Assembly: GCA_951406725.2 (NCBI GenBank)
Contig: OX597820.1
Span: 87,172,001 to 87,236,000 of the forward strand
Direction of reading: 5' to 3'
DNA from: Octopus vulgaris
Taxonomy: Eukaryota
Length of the DNA stretch: 64,000 nt
Of this stretch, positions 1-10,750 are shown piece by piece (the stretch's first letter is position 1; each line of letters starts with the position of its first letter). The position numbers and the translations under genes are program-made. The notes below the pieces were generated by a model. The model made no database searches and was not told the DNA's origin. It worked only from the letters and a program-made list of their open reading frames with translations.

Positions 1-174
1 TATTGCCACAGATGAATTGCATTTATCGAAAAATTTAAATGATGAAGGTTTTATACTTGATTGTAAAATCAATAAGAATTAACTGATTATATGGTCAGTT
101 GTCCTTCAAGCTACAGCAGCGAAAACTTCCTCAAGTTTCACTAGGTCGGTTTTTAAGAAAAGGATGCATTAGAT

Positions 175-367
175 AAGGAGTTCCCAATCAGTGGGACGCG
201 GACCTGTACTGTGCCGCACAAAATGAATAAATTTTTCAATTCTCTTTCTATATTATTCTCTATCGCAATCAGTAGGGTGTTTTTGTATTGTGTCGTTTGA
301 TCCTTCGGTCCGAGGAAAATTCTTGCAAGAAGCCGATCCGTGAGGTAAAAGTTTTTGGGAACCGTTA
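175..367. mobile_element. hAT (Charlie-like) non-autonomous MITE, decayed
   Basis: Imperfect TIRs AAGGAGTTCCCAA / TTGGGAACCGTTA resembling CAGGGGTTCCCAA termini; 8-bp flanks CATTAGAT and TATTAGCT (6/8 match, hAT-length TSD). Confidence 0.55.
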
Positions 368-468
368 TATTAGCTAATGTGGTACAAGATACGAGCATCA
401 TGTTTGGAATAGATTTGACCATGCATGTACTCTAGACTGATTGGAAACTAAATAACAAAAGCACCAAC

Positions 469-666
469 AATAAAATTATAATTTTTCGGTCTATTAACCA
501 CATCTTTAGAGAGATAGAGGAAAAAAAAAAACAACTTATTTACATCTATCAGCGTGTAGATCAGCGTTTTGATCGGGAAGCAAAACGTAATGTAGATTTA
601 AATATTACATTTTTTTTTCATCTCTAAAAAATGAAGCTAACAGACCGAAAAAACTGTAATCTTATT
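469..666. mobile_element. fold-back MITE-like element with ~60-bp imperfect TIRs
   Basis: AATAAAATTATAATTTTTCGGTCTATTAACCACATCTTTAGAGAGAT... is an imperfect reverse complement of ...ATCTCTAAAAAATGAAGCTAACAGACCGAAAAAACTGTAATCTTATT. Confidence 0.55.
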
Positions 667-744
667 TACGAGCTACTCATTATAGATATTTAGACATTGT
701 GAAAATAGATTCAAGAAAATTTTCACTATCATAATGATAATAAT

Positions 745-1138
745 GATTTCATATTTTTTCAACAAGGGCAGCTTGGGTGAGGGGATTAAAGGGATTATTT
801 CGACCGCAGTGCGTAACTGGTACTTATTTAATCGACCCTGAAAGGATGAAGGGCAAAGTCGACCTCAGCAGAATTTGAACTCAGAACGTAGCGACGGGCG
901 AAATACCTATTTCTTTACTACCCACAAGGGGCTAAACACAGACGAGACAAACAAGGACAGACAGACGGATTAAGTCGATTATATCGACCCCAGTGCGTAA
1001 CTGGTACCTAATTTATTGACCCCGAAATGATGAAAGGCAAAGTCGACCTCGGCGGAATTTGAACTCAGAACGTAATGGCAGACGAAATACGGCTACGCAT
1101 TTCGCCCGGCGTGCTAACGTTTCTGCCAACTCGCCGTC
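745..1138 (-). mobile_element. tRNA-headed SINE family A, dimeric/composite copy
   Basis: Minus strand GGCGAGTTGGCAGAAACGTTAGC...GAGTTCAAATTCC (A/B-box-like) plus core GCCTTTCATC(C/A)TTTC(G/A)GGGTC present twice; more than 12 copies of this family in the window. Confidence 0.85.
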
Positions 1139-1156
1139 TTATCATAATAATAATAA

Positions 1157-1358
1157 TCCTTTCTGCTTGAAGCACAAGGCCTGAAATTTGGTGGAGGAGG
1201 ATAGTCGATCATGTCGACCCCAGCACTTAACTGATACTTAATTTATCGACCCCGAAAGGATGAAAGGCGAAGACGAACTCGAAGGAATTTGAACTCAGAA
1301 CGTGGCGACGGGCCGCTAAGTATTTTGCCTGGCGTGTTAATGATTCTGCCATTTCGCC

Positions 1359-1359
<1 letters not shown>
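1157..1359 (-). mobile_element. SINE family A
   Basis: ATCGACCCCGAAAGGATGAAAGGC...GGAATTTGAACTCAGAACG core, followed by (AAT)n. Confidence 0.85.
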
Positions 1360-1401
<42 letters not shown>

Positions 1402-1421
1402 TAATAATAATAATAATAATG

Positions 1422-1501
<80 letters not shown>
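1360..1501. repeat. (AAT)n microsatellite
   Basis: Directly visible; explains the poly-N/L/I ORFs. Confidence 0.98.
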
Positions 1502-1502
<1 letters not shown>

Positions 1503-1504
1503 TT

Positions 1505-3300
1505 TCCTTCTTTATTGGCCACCAGGGCCGAACACAAAACATAGAGGACGATACAGAGACAAAGGACAGTAAGTATAAACGTGTAAACAGCCAACAAACA
1601 CAACGATTAACAAAGATATTAAATCTACAATATGCTTCCTCAATAGAGGGGAGTTCTACCGTCAGTGAGAGCCTAGCGATATCCTAGATTACAAGGCTCC
1701 AATTCTCGGTCTTTGCGTCATCTACAACTACAAGTCAATGGTAACAACATACCCACGCTCATTTACTATCTAGTGACGCAACCGCAACATGTGTCTGTAC
1801 ATCAGCAGCCACGGTGACATCGCGCGGTATGCCAACATGGACCTCCTACACCCCATTCTGAAAGAAATGCTCCTCAACTGTTCCAACTTCCGCAGAGTGG
1901 CTCCAGAACCAACGCATGCAGAAGAGGCGAGAGTGGATAGCCCTGATGGACCGAGCGTGCAAGGCGAATAGTTCTGAGTAGTGACCGTTTTCAGGACGGC
2001 TTCCTCGTAACGATAGTCAATCCAATTCTCTACGATGAATCGCATAGGACGGATTTTGTCGTGGATAGAACTGTTCACGATCGCGCACGTTCGCACTTCT
2101 CTGCCCAGGCCACCGACGGCAAATGCTAACTTGCCAAAATCTTAAGCTCTATATTTAGTAGGGTTATGAGCAGAAAATTGCCTGTGATGTCCAGGTTGTC
2201 AGTGTCCTTTTTCAGTAGCGTTACTGCTTCCCGAATCACAACACTAAGGATTCTTCTGTTCTGCTGCCAAGTGCAGTAAACATCTACCAATGTGTCGCTA
2301 AACAAGTCCGGCATGAATACATAGAATTTTTAGAGCAGACCATCCAAACCGGGTGATATGCGTTCAGCACAAATGGTCATCACTTCTCGTATTTTAGCAA
2401 CCGTTATCGGTTTTTCGCAGGAAAACTGCGTCAACCGTCAAGACAAGCGGTTAGCCGTCGAGGTAGGAAGTAAGGTATTCTAGCGTCTCCGACTTCCGTG
2501 TTCGGATATTGATTGCGATATATCTTGTGTTGTTTTGATGCTGTTGCTCTCAGTCCCAGAGTTACTGTTGCTATTAGTGCTGCTTCTAATCTCCTAGCTG
2601 GCACTGCAATTACACTGATTGTTGTGGTTGCTTCTGTTGTTGTTAATGTTAAGACAAAAGGTCTTGAGACGATTAGTGTTTCCACGGTTGCAGAGCCGAT
2701 GTCATCTACTCTCTACTACTGCCTGTAGTTGCTGCCTTTCTGCTCTATTAGTTTGAAGATTTCGTCCAGTGTCTCAGGATTCACCAGAAACAGAATATCC
2801 AGCCCCAGTACCACCCAAATTTCCTTTCAGAAGATTTCAAATAGTATGCTAGGCTCCTCCAAAAGCCTATATTTCATCATCCAACAGAAATGTAGTTCTG
2901 GTGGTATATTTCATATTTTTAGTCCCGGGTAGATGGATATCAGCGTAAACTCTTCATTGTTTAAAGGAACGTTAGAGTGCTTCTAGGCATGGGTTTTCCA
3001 AGTAGAAAAATAACTCGATTATTTCAGAAGTTATAGAATTAATATGTTTCATAATCAGTGTTCATCTGGTGGCAAACGCTCATGTTTGTATCTTTTCGTC
3101 GTAATGCATCCATACAGAATTGTTTTCCTTTCTGTATGGTCTAAAATAATGTTGCGGTATACTGAGAATAGCTTTCCTCTGTTCGAGGTGTAAACGTTGA
3201 TAATCTTGGCAAAAGAAATAGGTTTTGCTGTATTTTCACTGCTGATGCTGATGCTATTATCTTTCATGCCTTTGGCGCTGCTTCTGTTGCCTCTGCTATC
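1505..3300 (-). mobile_element. decayed Tx1/L1-like LINE (RT and probable ORF1 remnants, internally deleted)
   Basis: Minus translation ISPGLDGLL*KFYVFMPDLFSDTLVDVYCTWQQN...VTLLKKD...NFLLITLLNIELKILA...TCAIVNSSIHD matches the L1/Tx1 RT N-terminal motifs SPGxDG, NFRPITLLNxxxKILA and QTCAIPGRSIHD. Confidence 0.75.
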
Positions 3301-3965
3301 ATTGCTGCTGCTGTTATACTTTTTAATTTTGTGAATGTTTTACTACTGCTGTTGTGTGCCATTGCAGCAGTCATGCAAAGTTTTGCGCTAAAGCAACTTC
3401 CAACAATGAAAACACATTCTTTTCCATGAGCATGGTGCCGATATTGCTACCATTGCTGCAGCTCCTGCTGCTATTGCTGCTTTGATTAATGTTGTTTTAA
3501 TTAATGCTGTCGTTCAACAATTTGGCCTTTGAGTTTTCAACTCTAGAAATTCATTCTAATCCTCTTGCTCTTAGCGAGTCACTTCCTACGTTTCCGTTCA
3601 GTTTGTTGACAGCGGAAGCCGACGACATATATGTACATAAAATTGTGTTTTTTAAAGCCAGATTTCAAAATTTTTCCAACAGATTTGAGTCACAAAAGGA
3701 CGAAATTCAAAAATGCCAACCAGCGCTGTAAGTTCCGGTTGGCTTAAATAAATATATAATGAAATTACTGCAATAAGCATTTCTTGAAAATGGTATATTG
3801 GAACAACTGTCTTTTTATATTCATTCTCTCTCTCTTAGTCAACGGTCAAATCATGATCTTACTCAGCTCATACACCAGAGTCTTAAAAACTTATGAGTAA
3901 CACCAAACGATGAGTTACTGACACCACTGCCGCAACAACAACAACAACAACAACAAAAATAACAA

Positions 3966-4235
3966 TCTTTTCTGTTATAGGCACAAGGTATGAACATTTG
4001 GGGGAGGAGACTAGTCGATTTCATCGACCCCAGCCTTATACTGGTACTTAATTTATCGACCCCGAAAGGATGAAAGGCAGAGTCGACCTTGGCGGAATTT
4101 GAACTCCGAACGCAAAGACGGACGAAATGCCGCTAAACATTTTGTGCGGCGTGCTAACGATTCTGCCAGCTCATCATCTTCATAACTATAATATTAAAAT
4201 TAATATTAATATGAAGAAAAAGAAGAAGAACAATA

Positions 4236-4270
<35 letters not shown>

Positions 4271-4483
4271 CCTTACTACTATAGGCACAAGACCTGAAAT
4301 TTTGGGGGAGTGGTTAAGTTGATTATGTCGACTCCAATTTTCCACTGGTACTTAATTTAAAGACCCCGAAAGGATGAAAGGCAAAGTTGATCTCGGTGGA
4401 ATTTGAATTCAGAACGTAAGGACGGACGAAATGCCGCTAAGCATTTTGCCTGGCGTGCTGACGATTCTGGCAGCTGGCTGCCT
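3966..4483 (-). mobile_element. two tandem SINE family A copies separated by (GAT)n
   Basis: Family A core at about 4050-4170 and 4360-4483. Confidence 0.85.
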
Positions 4484-4485
4484 TG

Positions 4486-4486
<1 letters not shown>

Positions 4487-4534
<48 letters not shown>

Positions 4535-4538
4535 TAAC

Positions 4539-4582
<44 letters not shown>

Positions 4583-4651
4583 TAACAATAACAATAATAA
4601 TAATAATAATAATAAGAAGAAGAAGAATAAGAAGAAGAAGAAGAAGAAGAA
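4487..4651. repeat. (AAT)n/(AAG)n compound microsatellite
   Basis: Directly visible. Confidence 0.97.
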
Positions 4652-5099
4652 TGGTGATAAAGCTTCCAATATCTAGTTCTACAACTGATCCGTAGTATAA
4701 ACTGGCCGAGAGTTGAACTTGTTAAGCTCTATATCTTTCCAGACAGAACAGACCTATGATCAAAGGGTTTCCTGTTGTAGCCGCTATTTTCTTTTGTCAT
4801 TGTATATCTAAGACTACATTATGCAATGTTTCTTTTCACATTTTGAGATTATGGCGTGTGAGTTGAGAAAGATCATAATTAGACTATGAGAGAATGAGTT
4901 AAAATGCCAGTGGTTCCTGAACACCATCTTCAATGTTCTTATTTTCTTCCTCGAAAAGTGATGCTTTATTTGAAAACAACTGAAAAATGTCACAGACTAT
5001 TCATGTCTTATAAGCATCTGTCCGTCCTAATATTTCCCCTATCTTCATGGACAGCCAATTACAACAGGATGGCAGAAAAATCTTGAACGAGAAATTATG

Positions 5100-6110
5100 T
5101 GGCAGCTTTTCACGCACGAGTTTTGACACGGCAAATAAATCGCTTTTCAATTCCACAGCACTGCTTCTGCATAAAGCGGAAGGAAATATAACCGTTTGTG
5201 GTATAAATGTTTGGAACTAGCTGATTCCCATCTTAAGGGTTAACTCTGCTGGTCAACGACAAAACACACTACCAGTGAGGAGATTTAAACTATCGTTGTC
5301 CTTTATGGACCTAGCCCTCAAAAGTTTCAAACAGGCTCAGAAAATATTTAGTGGTTTGATTCACCAGAGAATGAGAGATGCTGAAGTTTTGATGAGAGGG
5401 TGTTCACTAACATGTCCTTTCGTTGACAGGTTTGGTAGGATCTTATGTGTTCAAAAGACGAAGCAATAATAAATGTCATCCGATTGGACGGGAGACTCAT
5501 TATAGTAAACACTTTAGCTGGTTGACCTTTAATACACAAACTATTAAAGTATTGCTCGGGTAACAGTGAACAATTAAGTTGGTTATTGGTTCATTAAAAT
5601 TATTGAGTAGTTCAAGAAGTAACTGTTTTCTCCGATATATTATTTTATAGTCAGAGATGGAAGGTCAGTACTATGACAATATTCAGGGCCACTGAAACTG
5701 GTAGAAGGATGACGAAAAGAAGATATCTATCCTCAAATCGAAAAGATGATCTGAATACTTGAAGCAGAGAAGACTTCGCTAAAAGTACTCATGAAGCAAA
5801 CATTTGCTGAACCGACTGTCGGGTTATGTCTGCCACATAAGAACAGGAACCGCCTCTTCAACTGGCTCACACACAATTTTCGTTAACCAAATTCCATTCC
5901 ATTCTCGGGTCTTTATTAGTCTCTAGAAGAAAAGGCGATGACAGCGGAATCGTACCGAAAACCACCAATGCAAGAACTTTTTAACCATACAGCCATGCAT
6001 GTGCCTTGTATGTAACGTTTACCAAGAATTCTTCCAAATACCATTAATAGCTGAAGCGACAAACATCTGCACGAAGTGAATATAAACTGCTGAAATACTT
6101 GCACAATAAT
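5100..6110 (-). pseudogene. decayed tandem C-type-lectin-like domain gene
   Basis: Frameshifted minus reading gives NVTY..GTC, SS(C/W)IGG, AVIAFSSRD**DPRMEWNLVNENC/VSQLKRRFLFLC, and a second domain ending SFRFMQKQCCGIEKRFICRV; aligns by eye with the reading at 27912-28050. Confidence 0.5.
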
Positions 6111-6579
6111 TACATTTCCTATAACTTTATTTTGGTGCCCTTTTTCATTCCTTTGTCAGTTCTGGTTCAATTGCTAAACAGAATAAACTAATGAGCTACA
6201 TTCATAAGAATCAGAGATTTCAACTACAATATTCCACATCACTGAGTAAATAGCTTATACATGATTATTTCAAGATATTCCTTCAGCTTATGTTTAATAT
6301 ATTTTTGGTCTTTTCGAGGTAATTTAGATAAAATATCGACAACGTTAACTATTTATGTATATTGTTAAATATAAAATGTTAATCACATCAAATATAAATG
6401 GATACATCACCATGTTTCATATTCATCTGTAGCTCATCGATTCTCTAAATATGTACATATATACCAGTAGAATGCTAGATGGTTCGCTTCCTATTATTGG
6501 CATAGTGCATGCTATATGGCTATGAGGACTGTTTTACTGGCTCTGCCAAAGTAGCTGTAAATTGGTACCATAATCGAGT

Positions 6580-6963
6580 GGATGGAAGCACTCCGTCGGT
6601 TACGACGACGAGGGTTCCGGTTGATCCAATCAACGGAACAGCCTGCTCGTGAAATTAACGTGTAAGTGGCTGAGTACTCCACAGACACGTGTACCCTTAA
6701 CGTAGTTCTCGGGGATATTCAGCGTGACACAGAGAGTGACAAGGCCGGCCCTTTGAAATACAGGTACAACAGAAACAGGAAGTTAGAGTGAGAGAAAGTT
6801 GTGGTGAAAGAGTACAGCAGGGATCACCACCATCCCTGCCGGAGCCTCGTGGAGCTTTAGGTGTTTTCGCTCAATAAACACTCACAACGCCCGGTCTGGG
6901 AATCGAAACCGCGATCCTACGACCGCGAGTCCGCTGCCCTAACCACTGGGCCATTGCGCCTCC
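6580..6963 (-). mobile_element. tRNA-derived SINE family C, full length with TSD
   Basis: Head GGAGGCGCAATGGCCCAGTGGTTAGGGCAGCGGACTCGCGG...GGTTTCGATTCCC; flanked by direct repeat (CCA)TAATCGAGT at 6568-6579 and 6962-6973. Confidence 0.9.
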
Positions 6964-7773
6964 ATAATCGAGTAGTGTAAGCACTATCGTATGAAAGCGC
7001 TTCATGATTGCTTGAGTCATTTGAGTCAAATTAATGCAACAAAAATTAGCTACTGCCAATCCATAACTTAGCGGATCGGCAAAAGAGATCGATAGAATAA
7101 GTACCAGTCTTTAACGAAAAAAAATGTGCTGGCGTCGATTCTTTCGACTAAAATCCTTCAAAACATTTTCCTAGCATGGCCGCAATTTAATGACTAAAAC
7201 AAGTGAAAGGTAAAAGATAATGATACTGTGTATTTCCCTGAAAGTTTATCTATTTCCTCTTCAGAATTACATCTTTATACTTTTATTGAAGCTGAGCAAA
7301 TAAATGAACTACTTTTAACGTATTGTGAGTCATAATAGTTTTATAATTAACGTACAAATAATTTTCAAACATTTAAGAATAAATACTGATATAATTTTTC
7401 ACATTCACTCATTTACGATCCACGGTTGCTGAGACCTTAGCATTTCGTTACCATCTATGTACATATGTTGCTTATAAGCCTATGTTGGTTATAGAGCAGT
7501 GTTGGTTATAGATCTGTATTGGTTGTCGGCCAATTAGTTCTGGTATTGGTATTTGGGGGAAACTGAACTCAGAACGCAAAGAGCTGAAACAGGTATCACA
7601 AAGAATTCCTTTCGGTGCCCTAACAACCTAACAAGTCCATCATTCCACCACCCTCGACTGGTACTCTGTATGCCAACCCTGAAAAAATAAATCATAAGAC
7701 TGATCTCGGTGGGATTTGAACTCAGAGTGCAGATAGCCAGAAACGAATATACATAATTCTGACTCTAATAATT

Positions 7774-8042
7774 GTGGAGACGCGTGGCTTAGTGGTTAGG
7801 GTGTCATCATCATGATCGTAATATTGTGGTTTCGATTCCTGGACCGGGCGACGCGTTGTGCTCTTGAGCAAAACACTTCATTTCACGTTGCTCCAGTCTA
7901 TTCAGCTGGCAAGAATGAGTAACGCTGCCATAGACTGGCGTCCCGTCCAGCTGGGGAACATATACGCCATCGAAACTGGGAAACCGGGCCCATGAGCCCA
8001 GCTAGGCTTTAAAAGGGCGAGAGAGAGAGAGAGAGAGAGAGA
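7774..8042 (+). mobile_element. tRNA-derived SINE family D with (GA)n tail and TSD
   Basis: Head GTGGAGACGCGTGGCTTAGTGGTTAGGG...GGTTTCGATTCC; 13-bp TSD GACTCTAATAATT at 7761-7773 and 8043-8055. Confidence 0.9.
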
Positions 8043-8239
8043 GACTCTAATAATTCACCCTCTTCGACAAAATATTAGACGAATATTTACTAGGAAAACA
8101 AAATACTGATACGCAACACTTCGAATTCAATTTGACATTAAAGACAGCTTTCTGCTTCGATCTTTTGTTTATTATCAATTGATTTTTGAATTACTACACT
8201 GGAAGGAACATGAAATGAAACGTCTCCGTAAAGCCAACA

Positions 8240-8575
8240 TAGCTTCGTGGTTAAGGAGATTGTTTCGCAGTCACATGGCTTTGAGTTCAGTCTCATTGCG
8301 TGGCATCTTGAACGAGTGTCTTCTTTATAACCTTGGATCGATTAATGCTTTGTGAATTAAATTTGTAACCTGAAACAATGTGGAAGCCCATTATTTAGAA
8401 TTGGCTGTGTGATTAGGCACAGGCATGGATGAGTAGTTAAGAAGTTTGTTTCCCAACCATTGGTCTTGGGTTCAGTCCCACTGTGCGCTTCCCTGACCTT
8501 TTCTCTTCGACAGCTGCTCCAACTGACCAAAGCCTCTTGAGGGGATTTAGTAGACTGAAACTGAAAGAAACCTGT
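8240..8575 (+). mobile_element. two truncated SINE family B heads
   Basis: G(A/G)GTTCAGTC(T/C)CA(T/C)TG B-box-like segment twice; similar to full copies at 23776 and 28364. Confidence 0.7.
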
Positions 8576-8736
8576 TGTATGTATGTATGTATGTATGTAT
8601 GTATGTATGTATGTATGTATGTATGTATGTATGTATGTGTGTATGTATACATGTGTGTATGTGTGTATGTGTGTATGTATGTATGTATGTATGTATGTAT
8701 GTATGTATGTATGTATGTATGTATGTATGTATGTAC

Positions 8737-9718
8737 GACATGCAAATACTCATGAATCGTATTTCTGCTTCTTGCAAAGACTTTGGGCTCAGCATTAGCC
8801 TGGACAAGACTGTTGTAATGTTCCAGCTTGCACCGGGAAATCCATGTGGAACCAGCTATCTTGGTTGAAGGAACAGTTCTGAAAGTGGTAGACGAGTTTG
8901 TCTACCTGGGCAGCACACTCAGCCGTTCTTGGTCCCTAGACGATGAAATATCTTTCAGGTTACAGTGAGCAACTGATTCCTACCGATCCCTTTAGTCTCG
9001 TGTCTGGTCCCAGCATGGCATCACAAAGCAAACAAAAGTTGCTGTGTCCCGTGCATGTGTACTGACATGGCTCAATTACTGATATGAGACATGCACCCTT
9101 TACAAACGTCTTGTAAGGGTCCTTGAACGCTTTCACCGGAGATGTCTCAGACATTCTGAATGTTGGCTGAACCTTAAAAATTCCAGACACACAGGTCCTG
9201 AGGACAGCTGATATCTTAAGAATTGAGGCGATGGTGCACAAGTACTGGTTATGTTAGACTGGACACCTTATCTGAATGAAGGATAGCAGGATCCATAAGC
9301 AGATGCTACAGGGGGAACTTGTGAATGGAAAGAGACTCCGGCAGAAACCAAGGCTGCGATTAAAGGACTGTCAAGTCCTCACTAAAGGCCTGTGATATGC
9401 GAGGGATTGACTGAGAGAGCAATGCCTGTCATCGTCACAGATGGCGAAAGCAGATTAAGGTGGGGGTGATACTTTTGAGAGGACACGTATTCTGCACGAA
9501 GAACTTAAGCATGCTGCTCGAAAGTGCACTGCTGGTGTAGTGAATGGGGAAAGCTTGGTTTGCAATGTTTGCAGTCGTGTATGCTTGTCAAGAGCAGGGC
9601 TCATTAGCCACCAACAGAGCCACAAATGCAAAATATAAGTTAGTCCTAGAGTGCACAATGTTCCGGAAGGTCAGCAATGGTCTTCCTCGGTCACGAGTGG
9701 ACGGCCATCATGTATGTA
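8737..9718 (+). mobile_element. 5'-truncated RTE-clade LINE, inserted in (ATGT)n
   Basis: DMQILMNRISASCKDFGLSISLDKTVVM, LKVVDEFVYLGSTLS, TKVAV, IHKQMLQGEL, C-terminal CNVCSRVCLSRAGLISHQQSH zinc finger; stops and frameshifts. Confidence 0.9.
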
Positions 9719-10049
9719 CGTTCTCTTCTGTTCTTAATTATTTAAATTCTTCCTCTGATAAAGGAGCTGGTTTCTATTAACGAGAGAAAGGTTCATCGCT
9801 GAAATATAGATACCGAAAACAATTACGCATTTTAGACCTGAGAAAAGTCTTTCATATTTTTACTATTCTACTTATAGGTTGTATATGTAATGAGTGAGTG
9901 GATTTTTTATTCTGAAAATCCAAGCTTATTCAGACTGTCAGTTAGCCATTTACTCACAAAACCAAGTGCACCAATTATTATTGGTATAAATGTAAAATTG
10001 TAATCTTGATAAAGAAATTGGAAGTTTCAAAGAAGCTATCCATTGTTAT

Positions 10050-10750
10050 CCTTTTACTCTTTGATTTTCGGAGACATATTCACATCAGCAGGGCAGCTAA
10101 CTGCTATGGCGGTGCATCCTATTTCTTCTCTGTCCTAAACAATATTCGGCCTGTTATGCCTACACTTCACAGATATTTTCATGGGAATGTTGCACCAGTA
10201 TTCCTTGTGTTGATATTTTAATACGTTTTCAATAATAGGGGCATACTCTATATTTTTTCCAGGACAGTTTTTTTCCTGGATGACATTGTATATCGTTTTT
10301 TTGCGACAACTTTGTGTCGCATAGGGACATACGTTAATCACAAAAACTTAATATTCGCTTAATATCCTAGATCTAGAAATACCTGTAACGGAAATAATCG
10401 TTATAAAATTGTTCTTAGTATCAGTATCCTATCGCTCTACGGAATAATAGATACTTTTGAAAGCAATAATAATAGTCTAAATAACAGAGCTGGGTAACTA
10501 GGTAAAAGAATAAAGTGCTTTACATCTGAATTAGCAATATTTTCAGTAAATAAATAAAATTTCTCATAAAGAAATATTAAACGGTATCCATTGATGATGT
10601 TCCGGCCGGAAAAACTCAAGAGTTTTAGGTGTATGGATTTAATTTCCAGGTTATCTCTGGTCACGAGTTGTAATAGCTGTCTAGATACCCATTTATACAT
10701 ATAACATGTCATTGGAAGTACATTAAACAGAATCTGACAGTGGAACTCCA
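10050..10750 (-). pseudogene. possible decayed fucolectin (FTP/F5-8-like) domain in two pseudo-exons
   Basis: Acceptor TTTCCGTTACAG|G near 10383, then ISRSRILSEY*VFVINVCP and (frameshift) VCPYY*KRIKIS...NICEV*A, resembling the FTP C-terminal GRYVxI...LCEVEV. Confidence 0.35.

Noticed and set aside
1243-1687. Poly-N/L/I ORFs, and all similar poly-D, poly-F, YI/HT/VC ORFs across the window
   Set aside because: They are translations of microsatellites and SINE flanks with no coding signature
3680-3745. Hammerhead-like CAGAUUUGAGUC..GACGAAA and GCCAACC/GGUUGGC hairpin (possible HDV-like)
   Set aside because: The core is broken with no stem I/III, and the hairpin loop is too short for the HDV nested pseudoknot
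5651-5695. Plus-strand terminal exon SEMEGQYYDNIQGH*
   Set aside because: Short and unsupported; the region is better explained by the minus-strand lectin-like remnant
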